NCBI GenBank assembly: GCA_050298055.1 | Contig: JBNKTL010000013.1 | Span: 30,447 to 94,446 of the forward strand | From: Spirochaetota bacterium | GTDB lineage: Bacteria; Spirochaetota; UBA4802; UBA5550 | Length of the DNA stretch: 64,000 bases | Reading direction: 5' to 3' | Position numbers and translations under genes: made by a program | Shown: piece after piece, positions 38,132 to 46,484 of the stretch | Numbering within the stretch: position 1 is the first letter of the stretch | Layout of the letters: the number at the start of each line of letters is the position of its first letter | Notes under the pieces: generated by a model | Database searches by the model: none | Seen by the model: the letters and a program-made list of their open reading frames with translations, nothing else | Told to the model about the DNA's origin: nothing

Positions 38132-38163
38132 GTAACTTCTCAGCTGTATGGCTGAGTAGTTAC
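38132..38163. mobile_element. Minimal family 4 element (TIRs only)
   Basis: GTAACTTCTCAGC-tgtatg-GCTGAGTAGTTAC. Confidence 0.7.
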
Positions 38164-38182
38164 TCTTATTCTTTTTTTTATC

Positions 38183-38959
38183 TCACTGTGTCAAATAAAA
38201 TCCTGTCAGCCATTCTTTTATATGACCTTTCAGGGTGTTGATATGATTAATGCTGTTCAGGCAGTGATCTCCGCCGGATATTATGATTTGTCTGCCGGAT
38301 GATTTAAGATGTTCCCTTATGAGATTGAGGTTCATGATATCAACGGTTTTATCGGCATCTCCCTGTATGCTCAGCACGGGAATTTCAATATCTTTAATAG
38401 ATTGAATAATATCCGTTTTACACAATTCACTGATAAACCTGTTGTTCACTGTCACTCCGTCAATCTCACTTGCGCCGTTTTCATCAAGCGATTCCGTATC
38501 ATCAAGACCGGCTAGTTTCCTTACAAGCCCGCAGAGGTCTACCGGTGCTGCAATGGTCACCAGTGATCTCAGCAGACTTCTCTTTTGAAACAGCCTGTCT
38601 CTTGATGCTGCAACAAGTGACACCGTCCCTCCCATACTCGATCCGATAATGTGGATGTCTCCGGCCCCGGTGGAAGCAAGGTAGTTAAAAACATATTTCA
38701 GGTCCAGGACTTCCTGCTCAAGAGAAAGATTAAAGAAAACATCTTCCGATTCACCGGAAAAGGAAAAGTCAAATGTAAACAGGTCAAATCCCCATTGTAT
38801 AAAATCATCTCTCATTCCTGATATTTTGTACCCGTCCTGGGTGGAGAAGAGCCCATGACAGAAAACCACTGTTCTTTTATCCGCAGAACCGGACCTGAAG
38901 AGCCTTCCGGATATGGTTTTCTCCCTGTTATTTTTAATTCTGATGTTTTTATAGTTCAT
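38183..38959 (-). CDS. Alpha/beta-fold hydrolase
   Basis: FCHGL, GSSMGG nucleophile elbow, QGDAD, GGDH. Confidence 0.9.
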   Translation of the reverse strand: MNYKNIRIKNNREKTISGRLFRSGSADKRTVVFCHGLFSTQDGYKISGMRDDFIQWGFDLFTFDFSFSGESEDVFFNLSLEQEVLDLKYVFNYLASTGAGDIHIIGSSMGGTVSLVAASRDRLFQKRSLLRSLVTIAAPVDLCGLVRKLAGLDDTESLDENGASEIDGVTVNNRFISELCKTDIIQSIKDIEIPVLSIQGDADKTVDIMNLNLIREHLKSSGRQIIISGGDHCLNSINHINTLKGHIKEWLTGFYLTQ

Positions 38960-39507
38960 TTGAATTTTTTCATTAACTTCAGTTTTATCAGGGGCTCAAA
39001 GTAACCATGGGAACTCTTTCCGTCTATAATGATCTTATCAGGCTTGATAAGAAGTCTATTTTTCCCGTCCCTGCTCTTCCGGTTTCCTTTGAAAATAAAA
39101 TAGGACCTTTTGGTTTTTGCGAAACCTCTTTGTGTAAATATCTCCTTTAATGATCCCGCAGACTTCATTTCAAAGATATTGACCCGGATATTATTTGTTT
39201 CCTCAAGGGTATAGACTCCCTTAAAGACAATAGCGCTCTTCTTAAGATAGAGAACAATCAGGGACTTATAATTTTTGTAAAAGCTGAATCTGTACCCGTA
39301 ACCGGTACCATACTTCAGTTCCCAGATCCCCGTTAAATCGCTGAAACCCAGTGGAGTACCAGTTTCATTTTCTTCACTGCTTTTCTCAGGTGTTTTTTCA
39401 TAGGGATCGTCTTTCTCCGATATGCCTCTTTCACTGCCGCATGAGGAGAAAAACGCCGCTGTTATAATTAGGGCTGCTAGAAGAAATTTTTTGATATATT
39501 CATTCAT
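38956..39507 (-). CDS. Hypothetical lipoprotein
   Basis: MNEYIKKFLLAALIITAAFFSSC lipobox; start taken at ATG 39507. Confidence 0.75.
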   Translation of the reverse strand: MNEYIKKFLLAALIITAAFFSSCGSERGISEKDDPYEKTPEKSSEENETGTPLGFSDLTGIWELKYGTGYGYRFSFYKNYKSLIVLYLKKSAIVFKGVYTLEETNNIRVNIFEMKSAGSLKEIFTQRGFAKTKRSYFIFKGNRKSRDGKNRLLIKPDKIIIDGKSSHGYFEPLIKLKLMKKFK

Positions 39508-39681
39508 GATATTTAAAGTGTGATATGGTTCTTTCATGGAAGATAATAGATCGAACAGAAGGTAAATTGTCAATTATCATTTAAACTGTAATACCGGAAA
39601 GACTTATGGCTGGTGAATATTGAGAAAATAACAGGGAACCCTTTAATACAGGTTTACCCTTAGCTTTATGTTATAAACCCT

Positions 39682-39828
39682 TTATTGCAAAAAGTAGATA
39701 TAAAGATATAAAAGTCCCACGGCAATAATCACCGCTGCTGTCAAAATTGTTTTAATTGTTGCGTTTACAGAGTCCGGCCATAACCGGAGGTGCCTGCGTT
39801 TTTCATTGTAATTAAGTTCGAATCTCAT
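39682..39828 (-). CDS. Small single-TM protein (48 aa, below the ORF-track cutoff)
   Basis: MRFELNYNEKRRHLRLWPDSVNATIKTILTAAVIIAVGLLYLYIYFLQ; purine-rich GAGGGAAAGG upstream. Confidence 0.5.
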   Translation of the reverse strand: MRFELNYNEKRRHLRLWPDSVNATIKTILTAAVIIAVGLLYLYIYFLQ

Positions 39829-40005
39829 CTTTTTTACCTTTCCCTCATTAAGGTCAAAATTGAGATTTTCCTGTACATTTTTGAAAGTCCCAATCCCTGA
39901 AACAGGTAAAAACCTGATGTGTAATTAAAAATAATAAATGAGTGATCCGGAAGCAAAAAATATGAAAGTTATTGTCACCTGATTTTGTAATTTTTCCTGC
40001 AGGAA

Positions 40006-40257
40006 TCAGCCCTTTTTCGCCTTTTCAATAATCTCAAGGAGTGAGGATATTTTATTACCGCCCGGTTTAAAAACAGACTGCAGGTCACTCTCCGAATAAT
40101 TTTCTCCAAGAAAACCGTTAATATCTATTCTCTCAAACCAGCAGTCCCGGATCTTGCTGCAGGGAAGGCTTCCCTTTTCAACACGGCAGTAGCTGAATGT
40201 AAGTCTGTGCCCCAGTTTTCTGCAATAGATCTCCTGGGAATCGTATTTTTCAATCAT
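40006..40257 (-). CDS. Small Cys-containing hypothetical protein
   Basis: CRKLGH...YCR...LPC.KI.DCW pattern, possible metal binding. Confidence 0.75.
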   Translation of the reverse strand: MIEKYDSQEIYCRKLGHRLTFSYCRVEKGSLPCSKIRDCWFERIDINGFLGENYSESDLQSVFKPGGNKISSLLEIIEKAKKG

Positions 40258-40278
40258 CTTTATTTTATATTGGCGCGC

Positions 40279-40324
40279 CGTCGTTAAATAGGCGCGACGA
40301 CGTCGTCGCGCCTATTTAACGACG
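40279..40324. repeat. 46-bp perfect loopless palindrome
   Basis: CGTCGTTAAATAGGCGCGACGAC|GTCGTCGCGCCTATTTAACGACG. Confidence 0.9.
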
Positions 40325-40335
40325 TCATATTTTTT

Positions 40336-41727
40336 TTACCACTTACCGGTTTTCATAACCTGCGGCCTGGGAAATCCATCAATAGCATTAAGGGCCCTCT
40401 GTATCTCCTCCTGGGGAAGTTCATAGTCATGGAGCTTGCCTTCAAAGAAGCTCTGATACCCCTGAAGATCCATGAGACCATGCCCGCTGAGGTTGAAAAG
40501 GATAACCTTCTCTTTTCCTTCCTCTTTGGCTTTTTTCGCCTCCTGTATGGCCGCCGCTATGGCATGGCTTGTTTCCGGGGCACAGATAATACCCTCAGTC
40601 CGCGCAAACATTACGGCGGCTTCGTAGCATTCCAGCTGGTGGATTGCCCGGGGGGTCACAAGCCCTTCAACCACGAGCTGACTCACCAGGGGAGACATCC
40701 CATGGTACCTGAGACCGCCCGCGTGAATGGGAGGAGGGACAAAGTCATGTCCCAGAGAATGCATGGGCAGAAGCGGTGTCATCTTCGCAATATCCCCGTG
40801 ATCATAGGCAAAGGGGCCCTTAGTCATTGTCGGGCATGAATACGGTTCAACAGGGATCACATCAATATCCGCGCCATTGATCTTATCAAGCACAAAGGGG
40901 AAGGAAAGACCGGCAAAGTTGCTTCCTCCTCCCGCGCAGCCGATAACCACATCAACCTTCTCTTCATTGATCTTTGCCAGCTGTTTCTTGGCCTCAAGCC
41001 CGATTATGGTCTGGTGAAGCATCACATGGTTGAGAACACTCCCCAGGGCATACCGGGTCTCTCCGCTCTGATCGCTTACCGCGGCTTCAATGGCTTCACT
41101 TATGGCTATACCGAGACTTCCCGGCGAATCCGGAAATTTGGCAAGAACCTCCTTTCCCGCGTTAGTCTGGGTACTGGGACTGGCAATACAGTTTGCATTC
41201 CATACCTGCATCATGACCTTTCTGAAAGGCTTCTGGTCAAAGCTTATCCTTACCATGAAAACCTTGCATTCCAGCCCCATCAGGGCACACGCAAAGGAAA
41301 GGGCGCTTCCCCACTGACCGGCCCCTGTTTCCGTGGTGATCTTCTTGATCCCGAACTGCTTGTTGTACCAGGCCTGGGGGACCGCAGTGTTGGGCTTATG
41401 GCTCCCTGCCGGTGAAAGGCTCTCATTCTTATAATATATCTTCGCAGGAGTATCCAGTGCTTTTTCAAGAAAGGTCGCCCTGTGAAGGGGAGACGGCCTC
41501 CACCTGTAAAGGATCTCCAGAACCTCTTCAGGGATATCGATCCAGCGCTCCTGGCTCACCTCCTGTTCAATCAGGTTCATGGGAAAAACCGGCGCAAGCA
41601 TATCCGGTGAGACAGGATTGCCGTCCGGCCCAAGGGGCGGCTGCATGGGGGAAGGGAGGTCCGCAACAATATTGTACCATTGACGGGGAATTTCATCTTC
41701 CTGTAACAAAACTTTAATCTGAGACAT
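40336..41727 (-). CDS. trpB: Tryptophan synthase beta chain, TrpB2 type
   Basis: SPAGSHKPN (PLP Lys), [31 protein letters not shown]. Confidence 0.95.
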   Translation of the reverse strand: MSQIKVLLQEDEIPRQWYNIVADLPSPMQPPLGPDGNPVSPDMLAPVFPMNLIEQEVSQERWIDIPEEVLEILYRWRPSPLHRATFLEKALDTPAKIYYKNESLSPAGSHKPNTAVPQAWYNKQFGIKKITTETGAGQWGSALSFACALMGLECKVFMVRISFDQKPFRKVMMQVWNANCIASPSTQTNAGKEVLAKFPDSPGSLGIAISEAIEAAVSDQSGETRYALGSVLNHVMLHQTIIGLEAKKQLAKINEEKVDVVIGCAGGGSNFAGLSFPFVLDKINGADIDVIPVEPYSCPTMTKGPFAYDHGDIAKMTPLLPMHSLGHDFVPPPIHAGGLRYHGMSPLVSQLVVEGLVTPRAIHQLECYEAAVMFARTEGIICAPETSHAIAAAIQEAKKAKEEGKEKVILFNLSGHGLMDLQGYQSFFEGKLHDYELPQEEIQRALNAIDGFPRPQVMKTGKW

Positions 41728-41745
41728 AAAATCCTCCTGATTTAT

Positions 41746-42018
41746 TTATTTTTCGAGATAATCTCTAATGACTTTCTTAAACGCGGAGTTTTCCTTTTTG
41801 AGTTCTTTGGACCCCCTGGTTATCTTACAGAGGCTGAGTTTCAGTTTATCGGCTATCTTTCTCTGGCTCATCCCCTTATCCAAAAGCTTTACCAGTTCCC
41901 ACCGGGAGGAGATGTCCCTGGCTTCATTATCCGTAAGAATGCTCTTCAGGAAATTTTCAATAAGTGCCGGATCATCTATTTTTGACAGGGACTCTGCTAT
42001 TTCATTGAGCTTATACAT
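41746..42018 (-). CDS. trpR: TrpR-like (YerC/YecD) transcriptional regulator
   Basis: ILTDNE...RW..VKLL..G.SQRKIA..L..S..KITRGSKEL; directly upstream of trpB2. Confidence 0.85.
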   Translation of the reverse strand: MYKLNEIAESLSKIDDPALIENFLKSILTDNEARDISSRWELVKLLDKGMSQRKIADKLKLSLCKITRGSKELKKENSAFKKVIRDYLEK

Positions 42019-42149
42019 TTTTCCGTTTCGATTCTATTGATAGAAACACTTCTCTCGAGAGAAACAGAAATGTCAAGATTTTTTTCTTTACCTGAGGTGT
42101 TGAATATCCCGAAAAAGTATTTCGTTTAAGTATTTTTACTTGACTGATA

Positions 42150-42178
42150 TTGACGTATCCCGATTCTTTTGTTACATT
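42150..42178 (+). promoter_or_regulatory. Sigma70-type promoter of ssrA
   Basis: TTGACG-N17-TACATT ending 8 nt upstream of the tmRNA 5' end. Confidence 0.6.
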
Positions 42179-42186
42179 ACAGATAA

Positions 42187-42535
42187 GGGGACGATTTTGG
42201 TTTCGACTGCATTTTCGGAACTGTAGCTGCATGCCGATTGCGCTGTCATATCGTAAAAATGGCAGAACTAAATTAAACGCAAACGATAACTTTGCTCTAG
42301 CAGCTTAAGCTGCTGGCGTGCTTTGGGAATCTGCTCCTCTGGGAACTCAAAGGGCGTAAAATACAGGGGATATTCTTTGCTTTTCTTTCGCAGTAAAGGA
42401 GAAACTTAAGAAAGTACGGCTTTAAGGAATGGTTCCTGTTCCCGGTCTTTTTAGCCAAAATTAAAAGAACAGGATAAGCATGTAGACGCTGCCGGGCTGG
42501 CTTGCAGGACGCGGGTTCGACCCCCGCCGTCTCCA
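42187..42535 (+). ncRNA. ssrA: tmRNA; tag peptide (A)ANDNFALAA
   Basis: 5' GGGGACG...GGTTTCGAC; tag frame GCA AAC GAT AAC TTT GCT CTA GCA GCT TAA at 42279-42308; 3' GCGGGTTCGACCCCCGCCGTCTCCA T-arm and acceptor. Confidence 0.96.
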
Positions 42536-42539
42536 GATA

Positions 42540-43235
42540 TCAGTCAATCTCTTCGATAAAATCCAGGTCAAGCATCACCTCAATGAACCTGTGACTTATC
42601 TTGTCCAGGAGTGCTTTTTTCAGCATATCTCCGCTGTAATTATCATAATCACCCTTGACCTCCCCGGTCATAATTGTGTTCCAATTAATCATTTCTTTCT
42701 CGGGGTAGGAATCCTTCTGGTGGTCAAGGTAAATCATCCTGAGATTTTTATTGAGGATAACAACCACTGTCTCCATGTCAAAAATCAGCATCTCCCGTGA
42801 GAAGCCGCCGTTTATTTCATAGATAATAATGCTATCAAGATTTTTTTCCTGCATCAATTTTTTCAGTTCACCCTCATTTTCCCTTACGTAGAGCTTGATC
42901 ATCCCTATGGACTTGTATTTGAGGAAGGTATCGTTCACAGAATGCTGGTAGAACCTGTTCCGGATACTGTTAAAAATCCCTATTTTGTCGGAAGCGTCAG
43001 TGATGATGCTGATATTATTGATCCTCTTATGCCCTTCAAGCCACTGGTTGAAATTTGAAGAGAAATCCTTAATGCTCACCGTGGAATTTAAATCATTACG
43101 AAAGAGAATTCCGCTGGATTTCATTTTAGACAGATCTGAACTGTTTTCCACCTCGGTTTTAACGTCATAGGTTGAGCAGGAAAATACTGATAACATCAGT
43201 ATTACAAGGAAAGATATGTTTTTCATTATTGTCAC
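42540..43235 (-). CDS. Hypothetical lipoprotein
   Basis: MKNISFLVILMLSVFSC lipobox. Confidence 0.75.
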   Translation of the reverse strand: MTIMKNISFLVILMLSVFSCSTYDVKTEVENSSDLSKMKSSGILFRNDLNSTVSIKDFSSNFNQWLEGHKRINNISIITDASDKIGIFNSIRNRFYQHSVNDTFLKYKSIGMIKLYVRENEGELKKLMQEKNLDSIIIYEINGGFSREMLIFDMETVVVILNKNLRMIYLDHQKDSYPEKEMINWNTIMTGEVKGDYDNYSGDMLKKALLDKISHRFIEVMLDLDFIEEID

Positions 43236-44077
43236 CCTAAGTTTGAGAAAAGCTTTCTGCCAGTGTCAGTCAACTGCATGGATACCGGAGAGTTACGGGT
43301 ATCGGCATAATACCTCATGACCCCGAAGTGTTTAAGCCATGTAAGGAGATAAAAGTCAAGAAAAGAAATCCTGAAAATGTCGTTTTTTTCCGCAAAACCT
43401 GTAAGTTCAAAGAGGTTATTGGAAAATGCGCTTATTCTGGTCTTTTTTTCACAACCCAGAATCAGGTCCCTGATAAATGTTCTGGATTCATACAACTCTG
43501 CGGCAGCATGGGGATCCGAAGGAAATATCTCTTCCCAGTTAGTATAAAACCAGAAGGAATGAAAAAGTTTCATATAGAGTGTGGTGTCTGATAGTGGAGC
43601 TTCTCTCTTTGTTCCTGAACCCTGTTCACAGGAGATGAGTTCCGCCCCGCGCATCAGGTGGACCATCTGCTTCATATAGATAAGCATGAGTTCCGGATCA
43701 TCAACTTCGTCCAGAGTTGCATCATGAAGAGAGGAAAGATAGAATTCCTCCGGAAAGCTCCCACTGCTCTCCCGAAGAGTGTTATCCGCATCAATTTTAT
43801 CATGAAGGTACCTGCAGAGTCTGAGAGCGAAGCAGTCCAGATCAGCATACTCTTCGATGCCGCTGTAACTCTCTGAATAATTAAAAAATTCCCTGACAAT
43901 GTCTAATGCTGCGGGCGCGGGCACCTTTCGTCTTCTTGAATTAAAAAGGTGGAGAGAAGACAGGTCTGTTTGATTTAAGTAAAAGTAATCATCAACATGA
44001 GAACAGTTTTTCTTAATTATTCTTTCAGTCATATTCCTGAGTTTTTCTTTGTCCTGGTTTAACCTGGTCCCCATCAC
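43232..44077 (-). CDS. Hypothetical protein
   Basis: 281-aa ORF, stop overlaps next start region; C-terminal L.WL.HFG...LT..G resembles a winged-helix end. Confidence 0.7.
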   Translation of the reverse strand: MMGTRLNQDKEKLRNMTERIIKKNCSHVDDYFYLNQTDLSSLHLFNSRRRKVPAPAALDIVREFFNYSESYSGIEEYADLDCFALRLCRYLHDKIDADNTLRESSGSFPEEFYLSSLHDATLDEVDDPELMLIYMKQMVHLMRGAELISCEQGSGTKREAPLSDTTLYMKLFHSFWFYTNWEEIFPSDPHAAAELYESRTFIRDLILGCEKKTRISAFSNNLFELTGFAEKNDIFRISFLDFYLLTWLKHFGVMRYYADTRNSPVSMQLTDTGRKLFSNLG

Positions 44078-44336
44078 TTCTGTTATTAATTAATCTAACT
44101 CTATTAATTACAAAAAATGATGTCTTCCCTGACATCTTGAAAAAAACATGAGCGTTTTTTTAATTAACAGTTTTCTTCCCTACTTTGAAAACAGCGGACC
44201 AAATTGGAATCATCTATACAAATTAATTAATAAAAGTCAAGATAATTTAAAAAAGTATTAAAAAAAAATTAAACATATTTCCCAATTAATGAAAAATAAA
44301 ATGAACAATTATTAATAATAAAATTTTCTTAATTGT

Positions 44337-45041
44337 TCAGCCATAAAGGTTAACATGCGCCCGTCCGGCATGAAGGCTGTTATGCGATTTTACGGCACTT
44401 CCGGGTGAACCGGAAATCACACCGGCAGTCCTTCTGCTCAATACGGCAATATCTGCATCATTAAACGCAGGGTATTCTGCCAGGATTTCTTTCATTGATT
44501 TCCTGAGAACTTCGATCTCCTCTGTATGAGACCTTTCCAGTCCGGAAAGTTTCTCGAGCTGATTATTTATCGCTTCAAGATTGGTGCTGTTGACCGGGTT
44601 CATCTTCCCTGCCGTTTCCCTTGTGCTTTTCAGGTTTTCAAGAACGGCCGTAACGCCGGAACCGCTCCCCTGTCTCCCCGTAACCGCAGGGAGTGAAACA
44701 GATTCCCCGTATTCGCCAATGAGATTATCGATCTGTGATACCACCTGGTTGAGATCGGCTGAATTAACACCACCTCCGCTAAAGGCCTGTGATGCAATAC
44801 TACGAAGTCTCGACGTGACATTCATTGCTTTCTGAATGACAGCCTGTGACATCTGCGCAATACTGAGAGCATCGCCCAATGCTCTTTCCCTCTGTAACCG
44901 GGAAACCAGGGAATTCTGAATGTTCTGACTGGCTGGAACAGGCTGGCTTCTTCTTTTCGCATTCCTGCCTAATATACCGGCACTCTGCTTAACATTGATC
45001 CCATTGGGAATTACAGAATTAACATCCGCTGTTATCCTCAT
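44337..45041 (-). CDS. Divergent flagellin-like helical protein
   Basis: RALGDALSIAQMSQAVIQKAMNVTSRLRSIASQA resembles the flagellin N-terminal RNAxDGISxAQTAxxAL...RMRELAxQA; RBS GGAGG before ATG 45041. Confidence 0.6.
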   Translation of the reverse strand: MRITADVNSVIPNGINVKQSAGILGRNAKRRSQPVPASQNIQNSLVSRLQRERALGDALSIAQMSQAVIQKAMNVTSRLRSIASQAFSGGGVNSADLNQVVSQIDNLIGEYGESVSLPAVTGRQGSGSGVTAVLENLKSTRETAGKMNPVNSTNLEAINNQLEKLSGLERSHTEEIEVLRKSMKEILAEYPAFNDADIAVLSRRTAGVISGSPGSAVKSHNSLHAGRAHVNLYG

Positions 45042-45067
45042 GGTATACCCTCCCTTGTACACTATTA

Positions 45068-45095
45068 ATTATACAAATAACGCTGTATATGTCAA
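45068..45095 (-). promoter_or_regulatory. Consensus sigma70 promoter for the flagellin-like gene
   Basis: Minus strand TTGACA-N16-TATAAT. Confidence 0.7.
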
Positions 45096-45127
45096 TTTTA
45101 ATATTAAAAAAGTGAATTTTTTATAAC

Positions 45128-45239
45128 ATAACTATTCAGCTATGTGAAAAATAAACTGTTCCCGCCGCCGAAGGCAGCGGGGACATATTGCTGATATTTT
45201 TTGAAAATACAATATTTTAAACATATAGCTGAGTAGATA
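45128..45239. mobile_element. TIR + GC-hairpin miniature element, family 4, copy E
   Basis: ATAACTATTCAGCTATG ... TGTTCCCGCCGCC-gaa-GGCAGCGGGGACA ... ATAGCTGAGTAG. Confidence 0.75.
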
Positions 45240-45268
45240 ATTTATTCCGGCAAGGTAGTTACTGATTA

Positions 45269-45487
45269 CTGTCATAGCGAGCGAAGCTTGGCTCATCTCG
45301 ATATGTTCCTGCTCATGAAGTATCCGGAAACTGGTATATTGAGATGCAGAATCAATTGATGAACACCTGTTGTGCTCCCCGGGTGATTTGCCGCTTTATT
45401 AATGTAGTTTTTTTTTCTCCTCATAGAGTGCGGCAATTGTATCGAGGGGAACAGATCACCACGTCGCTTCGCTCCTCATGATGACAG
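45269..45487. repeat. REP-like paired repeat, family 2, copy 3
   Basis: CTGTCATAGCGAGCGAAGCTTGGC ... GGAACAGATCACCACGTCGCTTCGCTCCTCATGATGACAG. Confidence 0.75.
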
Positions 45488-45502
45488 AGTAAAGAATAAT
45501 AT

Positions 45503-46480
45503 TCAGGATTTAAAATAGTCTTTAAAAAGGGACGGATCTATCTCTGAAAGCCTTTTTTTTATTTCACCGATATTGTCACTGTTGAAATTTTGAAATTCAT
45601 AATAATCGAGCATCCAGAGATACCTGTTTATGAGACGGGGCAGAATATTGGAATTTGCCTTCTGTTCGCTGTCCATCTTCTGAAAGCTCTGTTCCAGGCT
45701 GTATATATCAGCCTTTAACCTCTCAACCTGGTGCTTGCTGAGATTTCTCCTGGCATAGAATATATCTTTAAGGAACCCGTAAACAGGTATCCACTCCCTG
45801 ATGTCATTATACTCGTTCCTCTCATTTTTGATCATATCAACAAGATCGATGATCGGCTGTGCTTTCAGGAGCTCCATGTCTATCTCGGACGCATTGACAT
45901 AAAAAGCTTCCCTGAAGTAGAGGAGACTCTTCGGGTATTCCTTTATATGATAATAGGCTTCTCCCAGTATTGAGAGGAGCCTCGCATTGCTGTTATAGGA
46001 ACTCCGTGCGTACTCAAGAGTGTCAATGGTATGATTATACTCTTCAAGCCTGAGAAAACAGTCGCCAAGGTTTAATAAAAGATCAAAATTATCTATTGAA
46101 TCCTGCTGTTTTTTGAAGGCTGTCTTATAGTGCTCGGAGGCTGTGAAGAATATGTACCTCATCACAGACTTGAAGGCCGAAGTATTATCTATCCCCTTGT
46201 CTTCGGCATATTCACGAAACAGGTCCCACTGGCTCATGAGATAGTCAGCAGTTTCCTTTCCCTCCCTCCTGCTTCTGATCTCATTCTCCCTGTTCATCCA
46301 GAACCTGGCAGTCCTGTAACAATCGGCAAGTCCCGGATAATCGGGATTTATATTAAGAAGGTTGTCAAGAATCTCAACCGCCTTGCCAAATTCCCCGTTT
46401 TCAATTAACTGGAATACATTATTTGTTGCATTCAGAAGCGGATCATCTGAAAAAGTGAGCTGACCTTCATTATCCATCAC
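45503..46480 (-). CDS. Tetratricopeptide repeat protein
   Basis: TPR-like helices (LLNLGDCFLRLEEY, LSILGEAYYHIKEY). Confidence 0.82.
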   Translation of the reverse strand: MMDNEGQLTFSDDPLLNATNNVFQLIENGEFGKAVEILDNLLNINPDYPGLADCYRTARFWMNRENEIRSRREGKETADYLMSQWDLFREYAEDKGIDNTSAFKSVMRYIFFTASEHYKTAFKKQQDSIDNFDLLLNLGDCFLRLEEYNHTIDTLEYARSSYNSNARLLSILGEAYYHIKEYPKSLLYFREAFYVNASEIDMELLKAQPIIDLVDMIKNERNEYNDIREWIPVYGFLKDIFYARRNLSKHQVERLKADIYSLEQSFQKMDSEQKANSNILPRLINRYLWMLDYYEFQNFNSDNIGEIKKRLSEIDPSLFKDYFKS

Positions 46481-46484
46481 GAAT

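Noticed and set aside
42500..45500. Genomic island integrated at the tmRNA 3' end
   Set aside because: No integrase and no duplicated ssrA 3' sequence were seen in the window
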